A stretch of DNA of 64,000 nucleotides, from positions 221,700 to 285,699 of the forward strand of contig NW_003314282.1 of assembly GCF_000143415.4 (NCBI RefSeq). The letters run 5' to 3'. The DNA is from Selaginella moellendorffii (Eukaryota; Plantae; Lycopodiophyta). Positions 22,460-33,899 of this stretch are shown here, one piece after another. The notes beneath the pieces are model-generated. The model was not told the DNA's origin. It did no database searches and saw only the letters and a list, made by a program, of their open reading frames with translations. Position 1 is the stretch's first letter, and the number at the start of each line of letters is the position of its first letter. Both the position numbers and the translations under genes were made by a program.

Positions 22460-23045
22460 CGTCTCCCACACAAGAAAAATCAAAGAAAAAGAGGATTTTT
22501 TTCCATTTTGCAAAGGAAATCGAGGCTCGTTACGTTCTCACATTTGGAACTGAGGGTGTAACGAGGCTATTGTATTTCTGCTAATTGTAATTTATTAAGG
22601 AAAGCACACTCATTTGAAATAAGCAAGTTTAAACTAAGCATGATTAGTGGGTGAGACTGGTGGGAATCGAAGCGAGGACCAACGTGCAGGCGACGGCTTT
22701 GACGGGCTGACGGGCTGCCCGGTCAAAACAAATAATTTATAACCATGCATTGACAGAGAGGAAGAGTTTACAAATTCACTCACACTCTTCAAGCAAAAGC
22801 GCAGCCAAACGAGAGGAAAATGGATGAATACGCGCAGCATTTTTAGGTATGGCTGCCGGGCGCGATCGCTAGGCCGGCGCTGGAGGAGATTTGCGCAGCG
22901 GGAGCGAATCGATCGGAGCGGCAGCTACTCCGATTGGTTGCGCGGTCCAAGTTCGCGGCGCTGGCCAGGAATTCCAGGTTAGGGTTTGGAGATCGGGAGC
23001 TCAGCGGTTCTAGATGCACATGTTGAGGGGATCCGGCCGTGGAAA

Positions 23046-25563
23046 ATGGGAGGTTTGTGCTCGAAGACTGTGCCCGAGGATTCCAGTGGCTCATCAGAGG
23101 GTACCAGGCCAAACTTTAAGCGGCAGCTCTCAAAGCCTTCGCAGCAACCAAATGGAGTGAATGGGATCTATGCGGCAGGGAAGGCTCCCGCTCCCGATCC
23201 CTCTACCTCGGTCGACAAAGTTGCTAGCTCCTCGCCAGAGACGGATGATACCAAGGACGATGAGGAGGACAAGAGCGAACGGATCAAATTGTCCAGAGTA
23301 CTTTCTCACAAGGCTCGGAATGCGAAGTCGATCCTTGGGAGAGCTGGGACAGCTGGCCTGGACAAGGCGGTGGTGATGCTGGATACGTTTGGGAGCAGCA
23401 TCACAACCACGATTGGGAGTGGCTTTGCTGCTGGAGTGGCACCCAAGGGGAACAAGATTGGAATTCTAGCGTTCGAGGTTGCAAACACCGTGGTCAAAGG
23501 ATATAGTTTGAAGCAGTCTTTGTCAGAGGAAAGCCTCCAGCTGCTCAAGAAGGAAATTCTTCCCTCTGAAGGGGTCCAGCGGCTCGTGTCTAAAGATCTC
23601 GATGAGCTCTGGCGAATTGCTGCCTCTGATAAAAGGTACGTCCAATGGACGTAGTTCAGCTTCTCTCTGTTTGACACTCTGGTGTGATCTTAGGCATGAG
23701 CTCAAAGTGTTCGCTAGTGAGGTTGTTCGTTTTGGAAACCACTGCCGAGCACCGGAGTGGCATCAACTCGATCGTCTAATCAACAGGTGCTTTACTTTTC
23801 ATATGGATTTTGCCTATGCTCCAGTTCTTCTTGTGTAGACTGGGAACGGAAGTACAAATTCCCAGGCAGTCACCGGAGCACGCAGAGCAAGAAATGCAAG
23901 AGCTTATGACTCTAGCACAGAACACAGCAGTAAGTTGAAAAAACAAAAACGTTTTGTCTCTTGGTTTCGTGTATAGATTCTCGTGATACGTTTGTTGTCT
24001 GTGGACAGGAGCTATACCATGAACTCCATGCGTTGGATAGATACGACAACGACGTTCGGCGGAAGATCGAAGAAAACGAGTTGTCTTCTAATCCTCACAA
24101 AGGTACACTTGTAACCATTCTATTTATTGCCAACCTTTCCTGGCTCACGTTGCAGGGGAGAGCTTAGCAATGCTAAAAAGTGATTTTAAATGCCAGCAAA
24201 AGCACGTAAAGCTATTGCAGAAAAAGTCCCTCTGGTCAAAAATCATGGAAGAGGTACTAAAATCGTTTTCGTTCAGGCTCCATGTCTGAGATTTGTCCTC
24301 ATTTTCTGTCAGCTAATGGAGAAACTGCTAGATATAGTGTATTTTCTTCATCAACAAATCGCTGATGCATTTGGTAGGTGCATACTTCTCATTTTAGGCG
24401 TGATTCATGTTCTCGGTCTATTGCAGGCGAGTATGATGAAGAGCAATCGATGAAGCTTTCAAGCGTTCCGAGATTGGGAGCTCTTGGCCTGGCCTTACAT
24501 TATGCTAATATAATAAACCAAATCGACACTCTGGTAGGTCTTACAAATGTTCTGAATCCTATTTACGCCTGCGTTATCTACAGGTCTCCCGACCAAGTTC
24601 TATTCCTCCAAACACGCGCGATAATCTGTATCAAGGTCTTCCTCCTTCTATCAAAATGTCCTTGAGAAGTGCCCTCTACGCGGCTGCTAACTCAAACAAA
24701 GAAGAGGCAAGAAAAGCTGCTTATTAGTAAACATTTGTGGAGTATATTAAGTTTGTTTGTTTTCATGCAGCTCACAGCGTCCCAGATCAAAGAAGAAATG
24801 GAAAAAATACTGGTATGGATGGTACCAATCGCATCGAACACAACAAAGTAAAGATGTTTAAAACTAGAGCAGCAGCCGGACTGTTTGATTGATCCTTTTG
24901 GTTTATCTACGTGCAGAGCGCACCATGGATTCGGGTGGGTTGGAGAATGGGCTAGTGCTGGGTGAGTCGCTACTTCTTTAAACATTTGTTTCCTAGAAAC
25001 ACTCTAACCATGAGAATCTCAACAGATCTTCCATCGATCGGAAACCATACGTCCAGGAAATCAGCTTGATCCAAACACTTCATCACGCGGATCAAGAAGT
25101 GACCGAGAAGTATATATTAGACCTCCTGGTTTGGCTGAACCTCCTGATAAGCCGAGCCAAGAGTAACCTCAACGGCCATAACAGGTCCCCGCACAAGTCT
25201 CCCTTCCGCTCGCCAGTGAAGAAGACGATTGTGCTGAATCCATCGCCGCCGCCAGCAACGAGCTCCCGCGAGCTGTCCAAGGAGGACCAAGAGATGCTAA
25301 CCGGAGCAGTGCTGAGGAGGCTGACACCGGGCATAAGCAAGAGCCAGGAGTTCACGAAGAAGCCGAAGGTTCTGAGCACGAGACTGAGCAAGAGTCACAG
25401 CCATTCTCCGCTACCATGCACGGTTAAGCCCGAGACTTCGACTCCATTCACTTCCAGGCGATCACTCCGCCCGCTGGAGCTGGAACTCGAGAGGATCAGA
25501 GCTCTGGACAAGATTGACAGGGTCGACACTCTTACAGGAGCTCCCGCCGCTGCTACTGCTTGA
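23046..25563 (+). CDS. DUF3475 + DUF668 protein (PSK SIMULATOR/PSI-like), multi-exon, N-terminal MGGLCSK acylation motif
   Basis: IGILAFEVANTVVKG, SEGVQRLVS, ELYHELHALDR, RLGALGLALHYANIINQID, PPNTRDNLYQGLPP, NTTKAHHGFGWVGEWA, IQTLHHAD. Confidence 0.92.
24707..24770 (+). other. GC-AG intron in the DUF668 gene
   Basis: GAAGAG|gcaaga...atgcag|CTCACA gives NKEE-LTASQIKEEMEK. No usable GT nearby in that phase. Confidence 0.65.
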
Positions 25564-25687
25564 GTCGAGAGGAAGCTAATCGGACAAGGAGAAGCTCGAA
25601 AAGCTCGAAACCTCGCAACCTCGAAAGCTTGAAAGCTCTTAAAAGCTCGCAACCTCGGGAAGTCTTCACAGGAGGTAAGAAAAGAAA

Positions 25688-25690
<3 letters not shown>

Positions 25691-25721
<31 letters not shown>
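25691..25721. repeat. (AG)n microsatellite in the 3' region of the DUF668 gene
   Basis: Direct read. Confidence 0.95.
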
Positions 25722-25723
<2 letters not shown>

Positions 25724-27675
25724 GTGTAAGGCGAGGCAAGGAAGAGAGTAAGTAGAAGAAAAGAACTACATAGTAAAGAAACGTGGACTGGCAATGGTGT
25801 ATATTATGTCGAAAGTTTTGCATAACGATAGATTCAAATCAAAGTTCTATGGTCCAACGTATGCAATCAGAATGTGATGGGCTGGCAAAGAATTAATAAT
25901 ATCCCAAGTTATGTGTATTTGAATTGCTAAAACAAAATTTATTTATTTTTAGCAGATTTTATATACATCAGTGCCGGATCTTTAATACCAGCTGGATTTC
26001 AAGTTGAGCGTGGTGTTCATCATTGACAAGATAAGCTGGGACTTTGATCCAAGAAGGAACTAAGCTGCATCGGTGTCAAAAAAGGTAGTTATGGCATATA
26101 GTTGTGCAAGAAAAATGGCTGATGCATGATGCATACCAAGGTGATAGCTCTGTAATTTATACTTCAGCAGATCAAAGAATTCCTCCAAGGCCACACATCC
26201 ATGATTTATTACACAAGTTGGCATTCTAGGGATGGACCTGATGAGGCTTTTGCTAGATAAAGCTCAATTGGTGGAATATGTGTCAGCACTCTTGAGAGGT
26301 CACTTGCTGGAGTCTAGGGCTCATGGAATGGAACCTCTGAGTGCTTACTCCAAGCAAGGGAATGTACATAGCCAGGAGGTGTTTTGAATGATGGTTTCTT
26401 TTTGCTACGAGAATGGTGATTTCAAGTTGTGGAAGTGGTTATAGGAGTAAAGAAATGGCTGCGCATGCAATAAAAAAGATCATCCAAAGTGGCCATGAGC
26501 AGATTTTGAAAGTTGCTATGGAGCAAGGAAACTCGGAGTTTGTGGGGTTTCTCAGAGTGGCAGAAAAGGTGTCAAGGACGAATATGCTAGAACATCCTAG
26601 CATATTTCAGGTATATTCATTATCAAACCTTCATATGTGGCAAATACCAATATTATGATAGACACAATCACAGTTTTGGTATTATAGCATTGGTATTATA
26701 GCATGGAATTTGATGCAATCCACTATAATATTACGTGTTACTGAAAAAAGAGTTTATATAACATTATATAAAAGTCAGATCTTTGTAAACAAAGAAAACT
26801 ATACAATATCAGATCTTTGTATAGTTTAAGAGTATAGAAATTAAATAAAAGTTCTACCAAGTTTACAATACAACGAATTCAAATCCAAGTTCTATACAAC
26901 GTATGAATTCAAGTCAAAGTTGATGGTCCATGGTTGTCATTTCTTGTATAGTTTAACAATATAGAAGGACCTTCTATCAAAAAATTCTCACACCAATCAA
27001 GCATGGATGAAAATGATAGCTGTATGGTTCAAAGGTTGCGCACCAGATAAAATAATAAAAGATTGATTCGGTTTTACGTGGTTGTAAAAAGTGATGCCGC
27101 GGGGAAGTGGAGGGTGAGATATTCGCACCAACAGGGAGCGAATATGCTAATCCCTTTATATCAGTGGCGTGGACGGCAGTGAAGCCAACGAACCCTTTGT
27201 TTGTCTTTCTTGTGCCAGTGGAGAAGAAAGGAGGGCCAGCATTCGTGCGTTTTTAGGTATTCCATCGTTTCCCAGGGATTCTTCGATCGTTGCTCGCCAA
27301 TCCGGCGCCTCCGGCAGCTCCCTGCCGATTCTCTTGATCTTCGTCAACGGAGCCACCAGTCCTGGTATTTCTTGATGGATTCTCATCGCCCCGCAGCTCG
27401 CCTCAAGCTCGCGCACCGGAGCGGCGTCTCATCGGCCTCAAATCTTGCGGCGTCTCTAGGTGCGGCGTCTTTGAGATTTCTCTGTCGATAATCTCTCATT
27501 CTTGATGCTTACTCTTGCAGCCTTCTTGCAAACTAGGGACAAACACTGGTCGTGTTCGCTGTCGTGCTCGATTTTCTCCTGAGGCATCGTTCTTCTGTCT
27601 CGTAAGCTTAGAAAATTTCTTTTTTTCTCCCTTTTCTGTTTCGCTCCAACGTTCTTCCATTCTTTTCCTTTGTAG

Positions 27676-29541
27676 CTGAGGCACACAAGCTCACGTCGCG
27701 CAAGCAGCCGCCAAGTGGTTCCAAACAAAATGGTGGTGCTCCAGAATTTTCGGGTGCAAGACTTTCTCGAGGCGGCCGAGCTGGAAATCTGTGCAATTCT
27801 TTACCACCCATTCAATTTGAGCACCATGGCTGGAACACTTTCTGATTCGAGGCTGTCATGCTTTCTGCGAGACGAAGGCTATGTTTTGTCCGTTGCTTCA
27901 TCGCTTTCAAAGCACCAGCCTACAAAGGCATTGCTTATGAAACTCTCCCACAGCATCTACAAGGGGAATGAGGTATGGCAACTTAGTGATGCAAAGCTTT
28001 TCTAGATATCTGGCTATCTTCGTTTTTCTCAGGACGCAGTGACAGATTCGGCAAAAGAAATGAAAATTTTTATGATGAAGTTGGCAGCAGACAGCGATGT
28101 CAAAGCCAGCGTGATTCTCATGGCAATTTTCCACGCACGAGTGTTTCTTGCAAGAACTATCTCCAAATATATGGCTCCAGGCCAGAGCAGCTGGATTTCA
28201 GCGTATAACGAGCATGATTTCCAGGTAAACGTCACTTTTTTTTGTTTTCCTCCCATTTCAAGCATATAAACTCTCAGGTTTGCGCGTCTTTACTGGAGAA
28301 AGATCTCGAAACGAAGCTTTTGCAAGATGGAAAAGGAGGTGTACTCGAGAAACTTTTCAAGGAAGCGTTGAGCCACCAGATACAAATTTTTTCCTCGGCT
28401 TATCCGCGACACAAGGACGAGGCAACTTGCAGCTCCAATCCGTGGCACCCCGTCAACCTTCTCTTTACAACGGACTACGATATCACTTGCACCGTCAAAG
28501 ACACATCAGAGATATTGGTCTCAGTGGCGAAAAACAACTCATCCACTAGCGAAGATCCACAGGAACGCTACTGGTCCCTGATGAAGGTGCACGACAATCG
28601 TATCAAGAACTGCTTGTCGATCTGGGAGTTTGAGAGCGTCGCTGCGAAGCTGACCCCCGTGACCGAGAAGCGAGGCGGTTTGTATCACCTGGTTCCTGGG
28701 ATGGACTTGGGACTCAGATCATACATCAAAGGCAGCCAGGAACAGTTCGCGAATCCCGACGTCTCGTGCGTCTACGAGAGCAGCAACCTCAGGAACATCT
28801 TGAGGCAACTCGGGGACCTCGAGAAGAAAATAAACAAGGTACTGTTATCAAAAGTCTGTTTTGTTTCACTTTTATTCTGGAGCAGGAAGTCATGGCAGGA
28901 GGTGTTTTGAAAGGAGTTCGGCGCGAGCAAATAAGACGAGAAGTGAAACGAATTCCCCTACTCCACCGCTGCTCGGAGTTCCTCCAACAGCTAAGCGAGA
29001 TCAACATTCCCATGCACTGCATCTCCGCGAGCTGGTCTCGCGATCTTATCATCGGAGGACTTCCAAGCCTGCCGGGTATGTATCCCTTTTTTTGTTTTAG
29101 CTTTCTAAAACACTCTTCGTCATTCCAGAGGGTCACTTGTTCGTTCACTCTAACGATCTAGTCTACGACGAGAAAGGAACCTCCGATGGAACCTTTCAAG
29201 GCGTGGTCCAGGACGCATTCGACAAGGAAGCCATCCTACACGCACTGCGAAGGATGTATAACGTGTACCCGGACGAGAACAAGAGAGCGGTGTTCTTGGG
29301 GGACAGCACCAACGATCTCTTGGCGCTGCTGGACGCCGACTTGGGGATCGTCATGGGACACAACCCCGCGCTCAGAGAGATGCTGCTGCGCTACAACCTC
29401 CAGCTCTTCCCGCTCGCCATCGCCGCAGCTCACATCCAGGCTTCCATCGAGTCCGGCAATCCAAAGAGCTACCGCCACAGCGGCGTCTTGTTTGAGGCGT
29501 CAGGGTGGAGCGAAGTGGAGGCTTGCTTGCTATTAAAGTAA
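27676..29541 (+). CDS. TH2-like bifunctional TenA-HAD protein (thiamin monophosphate phosphatase family); N-terminal exons (about 27375-27601) unresolved
   Basis: HAD motif I TDYDITCTVKDTS, motif II ISASWS, VHSNDLVY, motif IV VFLGDSTNDLLALLDADLGIVMG. N-half has TenA-like remnants HPFNLSTMAGTL and WISAYNEHDFQ. Confidence 0.85.
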
Positions 29542-29928
29542 TATTTATCAAAGTTTTGTACTTTACTGAAAATTACTCTCTCCGCTTACCGACGTGGCAT
29601 GAGACCCTCTTTTTCTTTTTTTCACCACCTCCCGTATATTATATGTTAATTTTAATTTTAATTTTAAATATATTACTGTGCTTAGAAACCAAACTATTGT
29701 AAAATAAAATAAAATTTAAACATGTGTATTCACATTAAGAAACATAGAATATTTATTTTTTCTAGTTAATATAAGTAAATTTATCCTATCTGGGAATTCC
29801 ATATAACTTTTTTAATTATAATTATAAATTTTTATTATTTAATAGTTTATTAACATCCAGTTAAAAATATGGATAAAATAATATTATGCTTAGTAGAGTG
29901 TAAACTTGTTTACATGAAGTAATTTGAA

Positions 29929-30801
29929 ATGGTTCTAAAGAATTATCTGGTGTTTTTCTATTTTTACATAAATATAGCATGTGGAACAAATATAGATTGG
30001 GGAGTAAAAGGAGCTCTTAGTGAACAAGATATTCAAACTATAATTGATCGTGGTTTTTTTAATTTAACAAAGAAAGTAAAATTTAATGTTAGCTATCCAG
30101 AAAATTATAAAGATGCAAGAATGGTTGATGTTAGCAAAGGTGCAGTTTTTGTAAGGATTGAACGCTTAGGAAAAAATTGTAAATCTGGAAAATCAACAAC
30201 AAAACAAATACTTGGTACCTGAATAAGAGATGGTTTAAAATATACAATAAATGAATATAAATCAATATTATTATCACAACGAGCAGATAAATGTAAAATA
30301 ACATTAACAAATCATATAATTGAGTATAGTCTCCAGTTTTTGTGGAGTCCTCAAAATTTATTTCCATTTTCTTATAAATATATTTATCCCACTGAAAAAG
30401 ATTGTGATACAAGTTTAACCACTTTAAATGCTGGTTTTAAAGATTTCCGTTTATTAAAAGGCAACTTTATAGTATCATCTAATGGTAGAAATGTATTATA
30501 CTTAAAATCAAATTGCCAGCTTGTATTTTTTTCAGGTAGAAATCGTTTATGGCAATCTGAAAATATTTTATTTTTTGAAGGTAATTGTGAACTTATTTTG
30601 CAAACTGATGGAAATCTTGTTATATATACTGAAATAAACCAAGTGTTATGGTCTATTACAAAATACTGTGACAAATGCATTTTTCTTACATATCTTACCA
30701 TTGAAGATGACTGTAGCTTTATAATATATGAAGCTGTAGCACCAAACAATATTTGGTGGGGAAAAAGTTTTAAAAATCATATAGGCTGCTTCAAGGATTG
30801 A
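29929..30801 (+). pseudogene. Intronless AT-rich secreted protein: signal peptide + unknown ~130-aa domain + bulb-type (GNA-like) lectin domain; single in-frame TGA at 30220-30222
   Basis: ORFs 29929-30222 and 30340-30801 are in the same frame, and the linker reads open after the TGA (GT*IRDGLKYTINEYK...YSLQFLWSPQ). Lectin motif LILQTDGNLVIY...VLWS (QxDxNxVxY). Confidence 0.75.
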
Positions 30802-31399
30802 ATCTCTTAATATAAAATTTATTTTATTTCTAAATTACTTATGAATTCTAATTCCAATTCTAGCTAATTTCTAGAGTGCCACTACCACCTGTCTTAGTCC
30901 TAATCTAATATGCCTATATAAATTAAAAAACATCAAATAGCATAGAAGTAGTATATAAGAAATGTTTGGGGTGCATAAAATATGTAGAGGCAACACATTA
31001 TTTCAACCTATTTACTGCTAACATACAGTCAAGATCACTCCATGTAATTGTTTAGAATGGCTATTGCATATCTTCAAATTTAAAAATTGTAGTTTCATAC
31101 AAATTACACTCATTCCAAAGGCCACCTGAGAGAGGAGAAAAATGATGCTCTCTCTTATAAGGCATTTTAGGATGTCCAAGTAAGCTGAAAAAAATAAAGA
31201 AAAAATCATGAGCAAAAGGAGGAAAAATAGAAGAATGCATACCTATTGAAACCATAGAGGAAAGTGATCAAAGATGGAGAAGCTTAATAAAAAGAATTAC
31301 TTAAATTAGTACAAGTCAATCCCTTCATATATAGCATCAACTAAACATATTTCACATGATTCACTATAGAAAATGCACTCATTCAAAACCAAATTTAAT

Positions 31400-31620
31400 T
31401 ACAGTGTATGTGATCATGTGAGATTTGTTTATACTATCATTATAGATCCTTGGAACTTTGGGGGATAAATGGAGATAAAATAGCTATTAAGGGCTCTTTC
31501 ATAAAATAATTGGCCCTTTTCCAATTGGTTTAAGGGGAGAACATTATATGTGGTATCAAAGGAAAAAAACAAAAATTAAATTTCTATTAATTATTAGCTA
31601 TTTATAATCAGGAGCAGGAT
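31400..31620 (+). mobile_element. Older degenerate copy of the TRIM LTR + PBS, inverted relative to the intact TRIM
   Basis: Reverse-complement match to the 32925-33086 LTR (gatccttggaac...ggggataaatgg.gataaaata...attaagggctct...ttttccaattgg), followed by TGGTATCAAA at 31551-31560. Confidence 0.75.
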
Positions 31621-31949
31621 ATATTTCAATATGTCAAGGTATCTAAATTCTAAATAAACTACTAAATTTTCTTTTAAGATTCATATATCTTTATGTTATA
31701 AGTCTCTTTAAGTTTGATCATCCTAAAGAGCCTGGGTAGGTTTTGAGCTCATGAGCTCATGACTTCTCAAATACAAGGAAAACATTCATTCATCCTGAAC
31801 TAACATCTTTTCATTTTTCAAATTTTGATTTAATCTATATTTCCAAGTAAATTTGACCAATAAAATACAAATATAAATATAGATCCGAACACTAAAAGCA
31901 ATCTAGAAACACTTCTTAAGCTCTACAATTGTAAGGTTTGCCTAGTGGA

Positions 31950-32310
31950 TGTAAATGGTCAATCTTAGGATGGTCAATCTTGGTTTAGTTCTTGGATAAA
32001 AATATAATAGATGTGCTTGTAGGATAAATATACCTTTCCTTTGTTCTTCTTCTATGTAAAATCTGAACAGCTATAAGATGGATTTTCACAGATTCTGATA
32101 GTGTAGTTCATACCCTTTAACAACTCAGTCACAACAACAAACTCTTTAGCTATGGCACTGATGTAATCTATCCTTGTGATTGTGCACTTCAACACCTTTG
32201 CCAACTTAATCTTCTTTTGTGCACCTTTTGAAATAGAAGACTTATATTATAAACCTTCCTATTTCTAATTAGTGTTGTATGCCGGTTTAGTGTTGACATT
32301 GGTGGTATAG
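31950..32310 (-). pseudogene. SWIM zinc-finger remnant (3' part of the MULE-like transposase)
   Basis: YTIRICENPSYSCSDFT*...YLSYKHIYYIF. Reverting two G>A changes (TAT>TGT, TAC>TGC) gives CxC...CKH. Confidence 0.6.
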
Positions 32311-32319
32311 CAATATCAA

Positions 32320-33086
32320 TGTAACGCACCCTATCTCTTTCTCCTTAAGCCAATTGGAAAAGGGGTAATTGCTTAATGAGAGAGCCCTTAGTGGTTATTT
32401 TATCCCCATTTATCCCCCAATGTTCCAAGGATCCAATTGGAAAAGAGGCAATTACTTAATGAAAGAGCCTTTAGTGGTTATTTTATCCCCATTTATCCCC
32501 TAAGGTTCCAAGGATCCATAGTGGTAGTATATCCAAATCTCATCCCATGATCACATACACTATACTTACCCCCCCCTTTAAAGATGTCAATGTCCTCATT
32601 GACTATTGACTAATAACCCCTACTAAACTAAGGGGAATCAACACTTCCATTTCCGCATTGAATCTATCAATCTTTCCATTGTGTAGGTCAGTTATTCCAT
32701 GTGAGGCAACTAGTCATTCACCCGTACCTCAATCCCATGGTGGATACCTTTGTATGTGGATACTCCACACAAGAGAAAAGACATACATATGGATGCTCGA
32801 TATGTACGATTTCAAATTTAGGGGTAGGAATATACCTTGCTCAAGGGTATATTATATTTTTAAGTAGCCACTAATCAATGAAAATCGATGAGAATCAAGC
32901 CACGCCATTTGCTCTGATACCACATATAACGCACCCTATCTCTCTCCCCTTAAGCCAACTGAAAAAGGGGCAATTGCTTAATAAGAGAGCCCTTAATGGT
33001 TATTTTATCCCCATTTATCCCCCAAGGTTCCAAGGATCCACGGTGACAGTATATTCAAATCTCATCCCATGATCACATGCGCTACA
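32320..33086 (-). mobile_element. Complete TRIM (terminal-repeat retrotransposon in miniature)
   Basis: LTRs 32925-33086 (162 bp) and 32320-32564 (245 bp, with an internal ~82-bp duplication). tRNA-iMet PBS TGGTATCAGAGC at 32911-32922 (-). Polypurine tract at 32565-32579 (-). Flanks ATCAA/ATTAA form a 5-bp TSD with one mismatch. Non-coding interior. Confidence 0.88.
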
Positions 33087-33350
33087 ATTAATAGTAATAT
33101 TTGAGGAAGTCTTCAGCTTGAAACCAGCTTGTAAGCCACAAATTTTTCCTTTCCAATTTGCCAGCTTACCTCATCTATCCGTCCAACATTGCCTTGGCTT
33201 TTGCTAAGTTCCCTCGCCAAGGTTCCCACTTATGGTACTAGCTCCTACTTGGTCCTACTTGGTTTCAGCTATTCACTACACGAGCAACGAAGCATTATCC
33301 ATCCATCCACGGATTCCCAAGTCTCTCCCAATCCCCCTCCCCGGGTTGAT

Positions 33351-33450
33351 NNNNNNNNNNNNNNNNNNNNNNNNNNNNNNNNNNNNNNNNNNNNNNNNNN
33401 NNNNNNNNNNNNNNNNNNNNNNNNNNNNNNNNNNNNNNNNNNNNNNNNNN
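33351..33450. other. Assembly gap (100 N)
   Basis: Run of N. Confidence 0.99.
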
Positions 33451-33555
33451 TCACAATTTTTACTAAACTTTGGGAACCCCCTGTAGCCCCCCCCCCCCCC
33501 CCCCCCCCCTAGGAGACACACGCTTTGGGCTTTCACCCCTTGACCCGTATTAGTA

Positions 33556-33790
33556 CTCGGACTCGATCTCGGACCCGACTTTGGACTCGGTCTCGGACTC
33601 GATCTCGGACCCGATCTCGGACTCGACTTCAGACTCGACCTCGGACTTGGTCTCGGACCCGATTTGGATCTTGGACTCTATCTCAAACTCGGTCTCGAAC
33701 TTGGTCTCCGATTCGGCCTCAGACTCGATTCCGGACTCTATCTCGAACTCGGTCCTAGAGACAGTCTTGGACTCGATTTTCGACTCGGTC
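33556..33790. repeat. Degenerate hexamer array (CTCGGA/CTCGAT/CTCGGT)n
   Basis: Direct read. It produces spurious RSRT/DSIS/ESE ORFs. Confidence 0.9.
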
Positions 33791-33899
33791 CCATCCAATG
33801 AACTCTTTGTCATTTTGGTCATGCTTTCGGGGATCCTTTAGCCTACGACACCTTGGTGAGTTGGTTCCTTACACATCTCTCTCTAGACTTTCAATCTCT

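Noticed and set aside
25960-26660. Coding-like fragments with splice-like signals
   Set aside because: Interrupted by stops, and no family could be assigned.
30220-30222. TGA=Trp genetic code (mollicute or mitochondrial insert)
   Set aside because: All other Trp codons in the frame are TGG despite the AT richness.
33525-33841. RS-, DS- and ES-rich ORFs here and at 43507-43835
   Set aside because: These are translation artefacts of hexamer arrays.
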